Assembly (NCBI GenBank): GCA_965648935.1
Contig: CBFGIY010000022.1
Span: 1 to 31,356 of the forward strand
From: a candidate division WOR-3 bacterium
Lineage (GTDB): Bacteria; Hydrothermota; Tepidihabitantia; Tepidihabitantales; Tepidihabitantaceae
Length of the DNA stretch: 31,356 nucleotides
Reading direction: 5' to 3'
This document shows positions 9,505 to 18,075 of the stretch, one piece after another (positions within the stretch are counted from its first letter, which is position 1; the number at the start of each line of letters is the position of its first letter). The translations under genes and the position numbers were made by a program. The notes beneath the pieces are model-generated. The model did not search any database. It worked only from the letters and a program-made list of their open reading frames with translations, and was not told where the DNA came from.

Positions 9505-10053
9505 CTAGACCGGGAACGGACGGAAGAAGTCGACGCGCGCGATGCCGAACGGGTATCCGGCGACGCGCTCGATTGCCTCGTCCGGGCCCACTGCGATGAT
9601 CGTCAGCGTGTCGACGAGACCGAGAGTGCGCAGCAGCGCGTTCACCGCTTCTGCGGCCGCAGTCCGCTCAGCCGGGTCGGTAATGCGGCCGAGGGCAAGG
9701 CGCGGTTCGTACTGGCCGGACTGGAGCATGGGCATCGGTTCGGAGCCGACGATGCCGGCGTGCAGGGCGATGAGCTCGTTCCAGCCGGCATCGACCTTGT
9801 AGTAGAGCCGGTCGCCGATGACGAGGCTATTGTGAAAGGTAACGGCGATAGGGTGAAGCCGGCGGCGGGCGTTGCTGACATAGTCGGCGACCTGCTGGAT
9901 TTCGGCGAGGTCCAGCGGCGTGAAAGGCAGGACAACAGGAATGTAGGGTTCGGCCGCGAGAACCCAAGTCGGGAACCGGTCGCACAGGCGACGCAGTTCC
10001 GACTCGTTATCGAGCTTCGGAAACGCGACCACGCTGTACTGCGCAGCCCTCAC
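9505..10053 (-). CDS. 2H-phosphoesterase / 2'-5' RNA ligase-superfamily protein (YjcG-like) with degenerate catalytic motifs
   Basis: LRRL.D.....AEPYIPVVLPF and YEPRLALGRI sit where PHITL..PF and Y.PHLTLGR normally lie. Confidence 0.65.
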   Translation of the reverse strand: MRAAQYSVVAFPKLDNESELRRLCDRFPTWVLAAEPYIPVVLPFTPLDLAEIQQVADYVSNARRRLHPIAVTFHNSLVIGDRLYYKVDAGWNELIALHAGIVGSEPMPMLQSGQYEPRLALGRITDPAERTAAAEAVNALLRTLGLVDTLTIIAVGPDEAIERVAGYPFGIARVDFFRPFPV

Positions 10054-10088
10054 GCCGAGATTGTAGCGGCCGCGGGAGGGTTTGGCAA
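10054..10088 (-). promoter_or_regulatory. Leaderless promoter TTGCCA-N17-TACAAT-N6-GTG
   Basis: -35 at 10088-10083, -10 at 10065-10060, GTG at 10053. Confidence 0.65.
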
Positions 10089-10277
10089 TCCTGGAAGCGC
10101 CTGCCGGGAACCCTCCGGCAGACGGAATATGCGGCGGGTATGGCCGGTAAATACCGGCGGGATGACCGATGCGCTGGCAGAGGTCAGCGTCGAGGCTCCC
10201 TGGTGTTCACAGGATGGACAGCGCCCGGCTGCGGAATCGCCCCCAACCCCGCAGCCGGGCCATTTTCGGCTGTCTTG

Positions 10278-10312
10278 TTGACAGCGTAGCAGCACCCATC
10301 GATAATCCGGTC
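10278..10312 (+). promoter_or_regulatory. Leaderless promoter TTGACA-N17-GATAAT-N6-GTG
   Basis: -35 at 10278, -10 at 10301, GTG at 10313. Confidence 0.65.
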
Positions 10313-11086
10313 GTGAGGACCGCAACTGCCGCCCTGGCCGTGTTGCTGCTTGCCGGATGCCCGGGCCGGCTGGCGCAACCGGCATTGCCCGTTGGCGACA
10401 TCACGGTCGCGGCCGACAGCACAGGCGACCATCTCACGATCGGCGCCGCGATTGCCGCGGCGAAGGACGGCGACGTCATCGCGGTGAAGCCGGGCGTGTA
10501 CCGCGAAGCGGTGCGCATCACAGAGCGCCGCCGGCTGACAATCCTCGGCTCCGGGCCGGACCGCACAATCATCAACGCGGCCGGGCGCTATGCCGGGATC
10601 GAGATCCGAACCGACTCCAACCGCATCGTCGGGCTGGCGGTGCGCAATGCCGACGACCACGGCATCTGGGTGCGCGACGGCAGCCAGATAGTCGAGCGGT
10701 GCCTCATCACCGGGTGCGGTGACCGCGGCATCTACCTGAGCGCGATGGCCGGATTCGCATTCGCGCTGATCGAGCACTGCACGATCACCGAGAACGGCGC
10801 TTCAGGCATATATGCGGCACGCGACGACGCGCGCACGATAATCCGGCACAACATCATCGCCTTCAACCCGCGCGGTATCGTGACCGACAACAACGAGGGG
10901 AAGCTGGTTGTCGAGGACAACTGCCTGTTCAATAGCGAAGCCGACTTCGACCGGGTGACACCGGGCGAGCGCAACGTCATGGCCGACCCGGTTTTCGTGG
11001 ACCGGGCGAGCGGTGATTGGCGGCTGGACCGCCGCTCGCCGTGCCGGAGCGCGGTTCCGGGACAGCCCGCTATGGGCTGCTTCTGA
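10313..11086 (+). CDS. Right-handed beta-helix repeat lipoprotein
   Basis: Lipobox LLAGC, TIGAAI.AA..GD.I.V.PGVY.E, beta-helix repeats, DP.FVD...GDWRL...SP. Start revised to GTG 10313. Confidence 0.85.
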   Translation: MRTATAALAVLLLAGCPGRLAQPALPVGDITVAADSTGDHLTIGAAIAAAKDGDVIAVKPGVYREAVRITERRRLTILGSGPDRTIINAAGRYAGIEIRTDSNRIVGLAVRNADDHGIWVRDGSQIVERCLITGCGDRGIYLSAMAGFAFALIEHCTITENGASGIYAARDDARTIIRHNIIAFNPRGIVTDNNEGKLVVEDNCLFNSEADFDRVTPGERNVMADPVFVDRASGDWRLDRRSPCRSAVPGQPAMGCF

Positions 11087-11097
11087 CCGGTTCGCTC

Positions 11098-11270
11098 TAA
11101 CTGCTTACAAGTCAAGGCATTAATCCCGTAGGACGATGTTACGCCGAGAACATACGGACAGACTTGGGGTCTGCCGAATGTAGCGTAAGGTTATGAAATA
11201 AGTCCAGTTAGTCTGCCTGCTCGGTAGTTGGCCGCGGCTTCTCTGTAAGACCCTAATTCGACAAAGCTTA
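11098..11270. repeat. Three 25-bp TAA-N19-TTA quasi-palindromic sites
   Basis: 11098-11122, 11186-11210 and 11246-11270 in an AT-richer intergenic region. Confidence 0.45.
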
Positions 11271-11436
11271 TGTGGTCAGATTTGGCTGAAGGCGGGGTTG
11301 CGGAAGGGTCCTGTGGCTGTAACCGGCAGGCTGTCAACGACCTGCCTGTCCAGTGTTGAATGTCGTGCAAGTTATAAATGTGTCAAAATGGTCTAAGTCC
11401 CGGTGTAGCGAGATTTGTGCCGATGTCTTCAGTCGC

Positions 11437-11465
11437 TTGACACCCCTGATGCGGGGGGTTATCTT
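11437..11465 (+). promoter_or_regulatory. sigma70 promoter TTGACA-N17-TATCTT, not adjacent to a CDS start
   Basis: Consensus -35 and 17-nt spacer, about 270 nt upstream of the znuA-like gene, which has its own promoter. Confidence 0.55.
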
Positions 11466-11471
11466 GAGTTG

Positions 11472-11690
11472 CGGTTACGTTGACTTCTCCAAGTCAAGCG
11501 CACCCCAGCTACCCGGAGTAGATTTCAAGAGCCGGCCGAAAGATGGGTCCCGACCGGCTCTCTGGCGAGGCAACTCGCGGCCACTGTAAGGAACCATCGA
11601 CCTCCTTTGTCGTCGCCCCGGCCCCACTGAACGCACCAACCCCCCCCATTGGGCGCCGCCCCGCCCACACGCGGGGGCGACAGGTCGTTA
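11472..11690. ncRNA. Candidate structured non-coding RNA, family not recognised
   Basis: Hairpins TTGACTT/AAGTCAA, AGAGCCGG/CCGGCTCT, GCGAG-GCAA-CTCGC and GTCGCCCC/GGGGCGAC, with a promoter upstream. Confidence 0.35.
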
Positions 11691-11699
11691 TGTCGGTGC

Positions 11700-11733
11700 T
11701 TGCCGACAGCGGGCGCGGTGCTATGCTGTCGAG
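11700..11733 (+). promoter_or_regulatory. Leaderless promoter TTGCCG-N16-TATGCT (extended -10)-N6-ATG
   Basis: -10 at 11722-11727, ATG at 11734, no SD. Confidence 0.6.
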
Positions 11734-12633
11734 ATGAAACGGCTGGCCGTGTCCGCTGTTCTGGCTGCGCTCTGCCTCGCGGGTGCGTGTTCGAAATCCC
11801 AACCGGCAAGCAGCGCAATCGATGTCGTCACGACGCTGGATTTGCTTGCCGACTGGGTGCGCGCGGTGGGCGGCGAGCGGGTGCGCGTGCAGAGCCTTCT
11901 GTCCGGCTATGAGGACCCGCACACATTCGAGCCGCGGCCGACCGATGCCGAGCGCGTGACGCGCGCGCGGCTGCTGGTGCGCGTCGGGCTCGGGCTGGAA
12001 GAGTGGCTGGACGGTCTGATCGCCAACTCCGGTAACGAATCACTGACCGTGCTTGACATCGCGGACAGCGCTGATGTCATCGGTGCTGATGACGAGCACG
12101 GCCGAGAGCACAGTCACGAGCGCGGAAACCCGCATGTCTGGCTTGACCCGGCAGTCGCGGCCGGCGCGGTGCGGCGTATCGCCGTCGAGCTGGCGCGAAT
12201 CGACCCGAAGGGCGAAAGCCTGTACGCAGCGCGGGCGGCCGCCTACTCGGCGCGACTCGACAGCGTCACCGCGGCGCTGCAGGCCGAGGTCGCGAAGCTG
12301 TCGGACCGCCGGTTCGTCGGGTATCACGACGCCTGGCCCTATTTCAACCGCCGGTTCGGTTTTGCGGCCGTAGCGCACATCGAGGCGCTGCCCGGTCAGG
12401 AGCCGTCGGCGCGGCGGCTGGCCGAGCTGGTCAATCTCGTGCGGCGCGAGCGCATCCGGGTCATCGTGACCGAGCCGCAACTGCCGTCGGACCTTCCCGG
12501 CGTGCTGGCGCGCGAGACCGGGGCGAAGCTTGTCACGCTCAGCGCGCTGCGCGCCGACTCGGCCCCGGGCGACCCGTACATGAATCTTATAGAGCAGAAC
12601 GTGCGCCGCCTTGGCGCGGCGCTTCGGAACTGA
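11734..12633 (+). CDS. znuA: Zn/Mn ABC transporter substrate-binding lipoprotein (ZnuA/TroA family)
   Basis: Lipobox LAGAC, DPHTFEP, His-rich loop EHGREHSHE, NPHVWLD, YHDAWPYF. Confidence 0.9.
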   Translation: MKRLAVSAVLAALCLAGACSKSQPASSAIDVVTTLDLLADWVRAVGGERVRVQSLLSGYEDPHTFEPRPTDAERVTRARLLVRVGLGLEEWLDGLIANSGNESLTVLDIADSADVIGADDEHGREHSHERGNPHVWLDPAVAAGAVRRIAVELARIDPKGESLYAARAAAYSARLDSVTAALQAEVAKLSDRRFVGYHDAWPYFNRRFGFAAVAHIEALPGQEPSARRLAELVNLVRRERIRVIVTEPQLPSDLPGVLARETGAKLVTLSALRADSAPGDPYMNLIEQNVRRLGAALRN

Positions 12634-12646
12634 CCGAGGAGGAACA

Positions 12647-13348
12647 ATGGCGCGGATACTGCTGGCAGTGATGGTTGCGACCGCGGCCCTGGCCGCGGAA
12701 AAGCCGCCGCGGACCCTGCAGGTGACCGGAACGGCCGAGAAGTCGATGCGGCCCGACATCTGCTACATCAGGCTCGGCGTGGAAACGCGAGACGCGAAGA
12801 GCGCGGGCGCGGCCTGGCGCGCCAACGCGGCGCTGGCCAACGCGGTCATTGCCGCGGTCAAGGCGCAGGGGGTTGAGGCCAGGGATATCCAGACTTCCGG
12901 CCTGCAGGTGACTCCGCAGTACTCCTACGAGGGCGACGCGGCCCGGCGCCGGTTTGACGGGTATCTCGTGAGGCACACGGTCGCGGTATCGGTGCGCGAC
13001 ATCGACAAGGTGTCGGCCGTTCTGGACGCCGCGGTCGGGGCGGGCGCGAACGACGTCCAGGGAGTGAACTTCACGGTCGAGAACCCGAAGCAGCACACGG
13101 CCGACGTGCGCGAGGAGGCGGTGCGCGCGGCCCAGGCCAAGGCTCAGTCGATGGCCGGGATGCTCGGCGTGAAGCTGGGCAAGCCGCTCTCGGTGAGCGA
13201 GCAGGAGCCCGGCCCCTGGGATCAGTACTACGCGCAGTCCAACGTGGCTCTGGGCCGGGGCGGCGTCGTCGCCGCAGAAGCGATGAGCTTCGAGCCGGGC
13301 GAGGTGAAGCTCGCGCGCACGGTCCACATCGCCTTTGAGATAGAATAG
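12647..13348 (+). CDS. SIMPL domain (DUF541) periplasmic protein
   Basis: VTG.A....PD...LGVET, DIQTS, A...A..KA...A..LG.KLG. Start revised to ATG 12647 (GAGGAGG SD). Confidence 0.92.
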   Translation: MARILLAVMVATAALAAEKPPRTLQVTGTAEKSMRPDICYIRLGVETRDAKSAGAAWRANAALANAVIAAVKAQGVEARDIQTSGLQVTPQYSYEGDAARRRFDGYLVRHTVAVSVRDIDKVSAVLDAAVGAGANDVQGVNFTVENPKQHTADVREEAVRAAQAKAQSMAGMLGVKLGKPLSVSEQEPGPWDQYYAQSNVALGRGGVVAAEAMSFEPGEVKLARTVHIAFEIE

Positions 13349-13352
13349 GGCA

Positions 13353-13547
13353 GTGGCGGGCGTGAGCCGGGCGCGGCGGGTTGTCGGCTGGGTGCTCTTG
13401 GTCGTGCTGTTTGTCGCATTTGTCGCCATCGTTACCTACAAGGCCGGGCACCCGCGGATCGTGCGCGCGCCGGGCGAGCCGCGCGGGCCGCGACCCTTCC
13501 GGCCGGGGCCGCAGGATACCACCGCGCCGAAGCTGCCGAGAGCCTGA
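13353..13547 (+). CDS. Small single-pass membrane protein
   Basis: One TM segment (VVGWVLLVVLFVAFVAIV), fills the gap right after the SIMPL stop. Confidence 0.5.
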   Translation: MAGVSRARRVVGWVLLVVLFVAFVAIVTYKAGHPRIVRAPGEPRGPRPFRPGPQDTTAPKLPRA

Positions 13548-13560
13548 ACCCTCAGCCGGC

Positions 13561-13593
13561 TTGACCGGCTTCAGACCTGGTCTATACTGCCTT
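13561..13593 (+). promoter_or_regulatory. Leaderless promoter TTGACC-N16-TATACT-N5-ATG
   Basis: -10 at 13583-13588, ATG at 13594. Confidence 0.65.
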
Positions 13594-15072
13594 ATGAGGA
13601 CGTTCAGCACCGTAGCGCTGTTTCTGCTCGCGGCCCGGGCCGGGGCGTGGAGTTCGCCCAAGCTGGCCAACGTCTGCAACTCGGCGCCGGCGCCGGGCGG
13701 AGTGATGGTCGTGCACGCCGACATCGGCGACGTGCCGCACGACCTGGTCAGCGCGCGGCTGTTCTACTCCCTCGACAACCAGGCAACGTGGGCCGAAACG
13801 GCGTTTGTCCGGCTCGGGCGGCCCGGTTTCGACAGCACATTCGAGGGCGTGGTGCCGCTGGGCGGTTCGGGTACGGTCTTCTACTACATACAGGCGAGCA
13901 ACGGCACGAACTACGGCACGCAGGGGCCGAGCAACCCGACAGACATCTGGCCCGCGCCGCTCAGCCGCTACGGGTCGGTCACCAACGAGACGTGGGGCGA
14001 CACGGTCAACAGCCCGCGGGGGCCGTGGCTGGATATGACCGGCGTCTGGTTCAGCCGGTCAGCGGAATGGCTCTATGCCCGCCTCACCAATAACCACAAC
14101 TCGTGGCCCCTGAACAGCGGCCTGCTCGGACCGTGGTACATCTACGCGGCCGGGCTGGGCAATCCTGACTACGCCGGCGACACTTTCGGCTTCGCGCTGG
14201 CCTACGCCAACGTGCTGGGCATCTACACGAACGGGCTGTATGTCGTCAACAAGTACACCGAGGAATTCACGAAGTTCGCCGACATCGACGCGATCACCGA
14301 CGGCAACGTGCTGCAGATGCGCTGCCGCATCGCCGACCTCGCGGCGCACCCGAAGTTCGGGCCGTGGCCGCCGCCGTCGGGTTTCTTGAGTTCGGTGCGC
14401 GGCGACACGCGCTCGGCGCGGGCCAACCTGCAGAGCACGCTGCACGACACGAGCAACCAGGCGCGCTGGTACGTCAACCGGACCCCGGAGTGCGCGGTCG
14501 GCGCGAACCGGCCGCCGCAGCTCGACCGGGGCCGGGTCGTGCCCGAGGTCGGCGCGCCCGAAACCGAATTCTTCTTCAGCGCGCGCTACATCGACCCCGA
14601 CACCAACCTCGCGCGGCAGTGCGCCGTGGTCGTCGACGGCGACACGTTCGAGCTGGCGCCGAGCAACCACTACTACTGGCAGGGCGTGACGTTCGCGACT
14701 GCGCGCAGCGGGTTCGCGCCCGGGCTGCACGAGTTCCGGTTCACGGCGTGGGACGGGATGAGCCGGGTCGAGACCGCTATTGACACCTTCGAGGTCGTGG
14801 GCACGGCCGTGGCCGAGTCGCCGGCCGGCGATGGCGTTCGTGTGGCGGCCGTGCCCAACCCGTTCGCTGGTCGTACGACAATCACCGCCCCGCCGGGCGT
14901 CATCCACATTGCCGACGCCCTCGGCCGGGTCGTCCGGGCATTGCGCGTTGAGCAACGCGCGCCGAGCGTCCGATGGGACGGGCGCGGGGACGACGGCAAG
15001 CCCCTGCCGCCGGGGCTGTATTTCCTGCGCGCGGCCGGCGAGCGGCTGCGGCTCGTGCGCGTCGAGCGTTGA
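13594..15072 (+). CDS. Secreted hypothetical protein with C-terminal T9SS/FlgD-like domain
   Basis: Signal MRTFSTVALFLLAARAGA; CTD PNPF...DALGRVVR...WDG.....LPPGLYF. Start revised to 13594. Confidence 0.85.
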   Translation: MRTFSTVALFLLAARAGAWSSPKLANVCNSAPAPGGVMVVHADIGDVPHDLVSARLFYSLDNQATWAETAFVRLGRPGFDSTFEGVVPLGGSGTVFYYIQASNGTNYGTQGPSNPTDIWPAPLSRYGSVTNETWGDTVNSPRGPWLDMTGVWFSRSAEWLYARLTNNHNSWPLNSGLLGPWYIYAAGLGNPDYAGDTFGFALAYANVLGIYTNGLYVVNKYTEEFTKFADIDAITDGNVLQMRCRIADLAAHPKFGPWPPPSGFLSSVRGDTRSARANLQSTLHDTSNQARWYVNRTPECAVGANRPPQLDRGRVVPEVGAPETEFFFSARYIDPDTNLARQCAVVVDGDTFELAPSNHYYWQGVTFATARSGFAPGLHEFRFTAWDGMSRVETAIDTFEVVGTAVAESPAGDGVRVAAVPNPFAGRTTITAPPGVIHIADALGRVVRALRVEQRAPSVRWDGRGDDGKPLPPGLYFLRAAGERLRLVRVER

Positions 15073-15089
15073 ACAGACAGGCGGCCGCG

Positions 15090-18005
15090 ATGCGGCTCAT
15101 CACAAGCATCATCCTGTGCGCGGCCGCGCTGGCGGCCCGGCCGGCGCAGGTCATCGAGGACTTTGACGCCGGCGCGGTCGAGCTTTTCTCTTTCCCCGGT
15201 CAGGACGTTCATCCCGACTCCTGGGCGCTGGATTCGCTGGTCACCTACAACAACTCGCCGTGGTCGCTGCGCCTGTTCGGCAACACCTGGAAGGTCGAGT
15301 CAATCGCGCCGCGGCGGCTCGATTCGGCCGATGTCTGGACCGTGGCAACCTACGTGCGCGACCTTGGCGAGATACAGGGCTTCGGGCTCGCTGATTCGGC
15401 GCGCGCGCTGTTCTACTCATTCGCGGGCAGCGAGCAGGTGAATCCGGACTCGTGGGTAACCGTGTACCAGGGGGCGTTCGGCACGGGCGCGTGGCGCGAG
15501 TACCGGCTGCCCGCGGGCGAAGACTGGCGGGCGCGGTTCGGCTACGCGCCGACGATACGGGCAATCGTGTTTGTCAACGACCGCGACACCGACCCGCGCG
15601 CGAGCGTGTACTTCGACTGGATTGCCGATGTCACCGAAGACCAGCCGGTCGCGCCCGCGGTCGAGGCGTGGTACGAGCTGGGCGGAACGCTGGACAACCG
15701 CGACGGGTCGTGGGATGTGCGGGTGCGGTTTCACTCGCGGGTGACTGACCCGGACAGCCGCGCTCACGAGTTTCTCTGGAGCTTCGGCGACGGAGCGACG
15801 AGCCGTGACTCGGCGCCCGAGCACAACTACACGGTGCGCGACAATCACACCTACACCGCCCTGCTCGAGGTGCGCGACAGCACCGGACGCTGGGGCCGGG
15901 CCGCGTGCCGGGTAGCGGTTGACCCGGGACCTTCGACCCTGCCGGTGCGGCTGAACTTTGTCGGGGACATGATGCTGGCGCGGCGGTATGAAACCCCGGG
16001 CGGCATCATCGACACGCTCGGGCCGCGGGGCGTGTTCGATTCCATCAAGCCGTATCTCGGCGACGCCGCGGACATCACCGTGGGCAACCTCGAATGCCCG
16101 CTGGCCGACACCGGCACGCGCCACCCGACCAAGCCGATAGTCTTCCGCGGCCGGCCTGCCAACGTCGCCGGGTTCGTTCACGCCGGGATTGACGTGGTTT
16201 CACTCGCCAACAATCACATTCTCGACTACGGCCAGCCGGCGCTCGAACAGACCCGGCGGGTTCTGGACAGCGCCGGCATCCGCCACTCGGGCGCGGGGCG
16301 CGACGCCTACGAGGCGCACCGGCCGCTGTTCGTCCAGAAGTCGGGGCTGAACTTCGCGTTCCTCGCCTACAGCGACCGCAACGGCCAGTACGACAATTAC
16401 CAGCCTTACCTCGACGCGGGTTATGCCAAGCCCGGGTTCGCCTATGAAGATTCTTGGCGCATCTTCGGGATGATCAAGCGCGTGGATTCGGTGGCGGACC
16501 GAATAGTGGTCGAGCTGCACTCGGGGATAGAGTACGAAACCGCGCCCTCGGACGAGGACGAGTGGTACTCGCCGTACGCGAGCGCGCCGGCGGAAAACAT
16601 CCGCGCGCTGCGCCGGCGCATCGTCGAAGCGGGCGCGGACGCGGTCATCTGCCATCATCCGCACGTCCTGCAGGGCTTGGAGGTGCACGAGGGCAGGCTC
16701 ATCGCCCACTCGCTGGGCAACTTCGCGTTCGACCAGGAATACACCGAGACCTATCCGTCGGTCATCGTCAATGCGCTGGTCGACGAACGCGGGTTCTACG
16801 AATACACGCTGACGCCGGTCTTCCTCGATGACTACATCCCGCGCCGGGCAAGGGGCGAGCTGGGCCGGCACGTGCTCGATTACCTGGCGCAGTTGTCGCG
16901 CGCGCTCGGGACGTGGGTCGTGGTCGAGGCCGACAGCGTGACGGCGCGCGTCGTGCTCGACACGGCCGAACTGCAGCCGGTCGTGCAACGGCAGGCCGAC
17001 ACGGTCGCGCTCGCGCGGCAGGGAGCGGGGTGGGTTTCCTCCCCGCTGGCCCTGCGCCGGCAGGGCTGCGTGTCGGCCGTGAACGGAGCGGCGCCGGCAC
17101 GGCAGTGGCAGTTCCGGCTCGGGCGAGAGGCGGTGTGGTTCGGCAACTTCGAGCGCGAGGGCGCGACGCCGTGGCTGCTCAACCAGTCGGGCGAGTCCAT
17201 CGTCGGGCCCGCTCGGACCGGCGAGCGCGCGCTGGTGCAGGTACGGGCAGTGGGCACCAGCCCCATCACCACGGGATTCGAGCGCCGCATCGTGTGCCGG
17301 TCGGATTCGACCGAGCACACCGTGCACGGCTGGGTGCGCACCCAGAACTCGCGCGACGCGGGCATCAGGGTCAAGTCGTTCTCGGACCGCTACGTCGCGG
17401 TGCCGATGGACAGCGCGCCGACGCCCGAACTCGACGGCACCAACGGCTGGACCCGCCTGCACGCCACGTTCACGCCGCCGGGCGGCACGACGTTCTTCGA
17501 CCTCGAGTTCCGCAGCGAGGCGCCGCAGGCCGGCGGCACGGGCCGGGCGTGGTTTGACGACGCCGGCATCATCGAGTGGGGCGAGTGGCAGCAGCTTATC
17601 GGGCCGGTCCCGGTCGATGAGCCGAACGACTGGTGCTGGGTGCAGCTGTGCACGGCCGAATCGACCGGCTCGGCGGTGCTGACCTACGACGAGACAGGCT
17701 ACGACCTGCCGGTCGGCGCCCACGAGCGCGGGCACACCTCGGCGCGTACAGGCCTGCGGGTGCTGGGTAGCCCGGGCCGGGCGCCGACAATCGAGTTCGC
17801 GCCGCCGCGGGCGGATGGCGTGCGCCTGCGCGTTTTCGACTGCTCAGGGCGGCTTGTCCGGGCGTACAGCGTCAGGCGTGAAGCGTCCGGCGTCACCTGG
17901 GACGGGCGCGACGACGCGGGCAGGTTGGTCGGCGCGGGGCTGTATTTCTGCCGGCTGGACACGCCGCACGGCACCGCGTCCGCCAAGCTCGTGCTCTGTC
18001 GCTAG
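15090..18005 (+). CDS. Secreted CapA (PGA_cap, metallophosphatase fold) protein with PKD domain, CBM-like domain and FlgD/T9SS CTD
   Basis: W.FGDG...P.H.Y PKD; VGDMM, NLECP, SLANNHILDYG, LHSG.E, CHHPHVLQ, HSLGNFAFD CapA motifs; CTD. Start ATG 15090. Confidence 0.9.
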   Translation: MRLITSIILCAAALAARPAQVIEDFDAGAVELFSFPGQDVHPDSWALDSLVTYNNSPWSLRLFGNTWKVESIAPRRLDSADVWTVATYVRDLGEIQGFGLADSARALFYSFAGSEQVNPDSWVTVYQGAFGTGAWREYRLPAGEDWRARFGYAPTIRAIVFVNDRDTDPRASVYFDWIADVTEDQPVAPAVEAWYELGGTLDNRDGSWDVRVRFHSRVTDPDSRAHEFLWSFGDGATSRDSAPEHNYTVRDNHTYTALLEVRDSTGRWGRAACRVAVDPGPSTLPVRLNFVGDMMLARRYETPGGIIDTLGPRGVFDSIKPYLGDAADITVGNLECPLADTGTRHPTKPIVFRGRPANVAGFVHAGIDVVSLANNHILDYGQPALEQTRRVLDSAGIRHSGAGRDAYEAHRPLFVQKSGLNFAFLAYSDRNGQYDNYQPYLDAGYAKPGFAYEDSWRIFGMIKRVDSVADRIVVELHSGIEYETAPSDEDEWYSPYASAPAENIRALRRRIVEAGADAVICHHPHVLQGLEVHEGRLIAHSLGNFAFDQEYTETYPSVIVNALVDERGFYEYTLTPVFLDDYIPRRARGELGRHVLDYLAQLSRALGTWVVVEADSVTARVVLDTAELQPVVQRQADTVALARQGAGWVSSPLALRRQGCVSAVNGAAPARQWQFRLGREAVWFGNFEREGATPWLLNQSGESIVGPARTGERALVQVRAVGTSPITTGFERRIVCRSDSTEHTVHGWVRTQNSRDAGIRVKSFSDRYVAVPMDSAPTPELDGTNGWTRLHATFTPPGGTTFFDLEFRSEAPQAGGTGRAWFDDAGIIEWGEWQQLIGPVPVDEPNDWCWVQLCTAESTGSAVLTYDETGYDLPVGAHERGHTSARTGLRVLGSPGRAPTIEFAPPRADGVRLRVFDCSGRLVRAYSVRREASGVTWDGRDDAGRLVGAGLYFCRLDTPHGTASAKLVLCR

Positions 18006-18041
18006 GCCGGTCAGACGAGGTCGGAGCGCAGGGTCGGGCTA

Positions 18042-18075
18042 TTGACAGGCCCGGCGCGCGGATTAGAGTTCGGGC
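18042..18075 (+). promoter_or_regulatory. Leaderless promoter TTGACA-N16-TAGAGT-N6-ATG
   Basis: -10 at 18064-18069, ATG at 18076. Confidence 0.65.

Noticed and set aside
11500..11610. Assignment to SAM-I, c-di-GMP-I, yybP-ykoY riboswitch or hammerhead/pistol ribozyme
   Set aside because: Only fragmentary motif resemblance; the required conserved cores are not all present.
13381..13593. ORF-track upstream starts for the 13594 gene (also 10169, 12611, 14973, 9490 and 28735)
   Set aside because: They overlap neighbouring genes or promoters. Downstream starts have an SD or leaderless promoter, and most give proper signal peptides.
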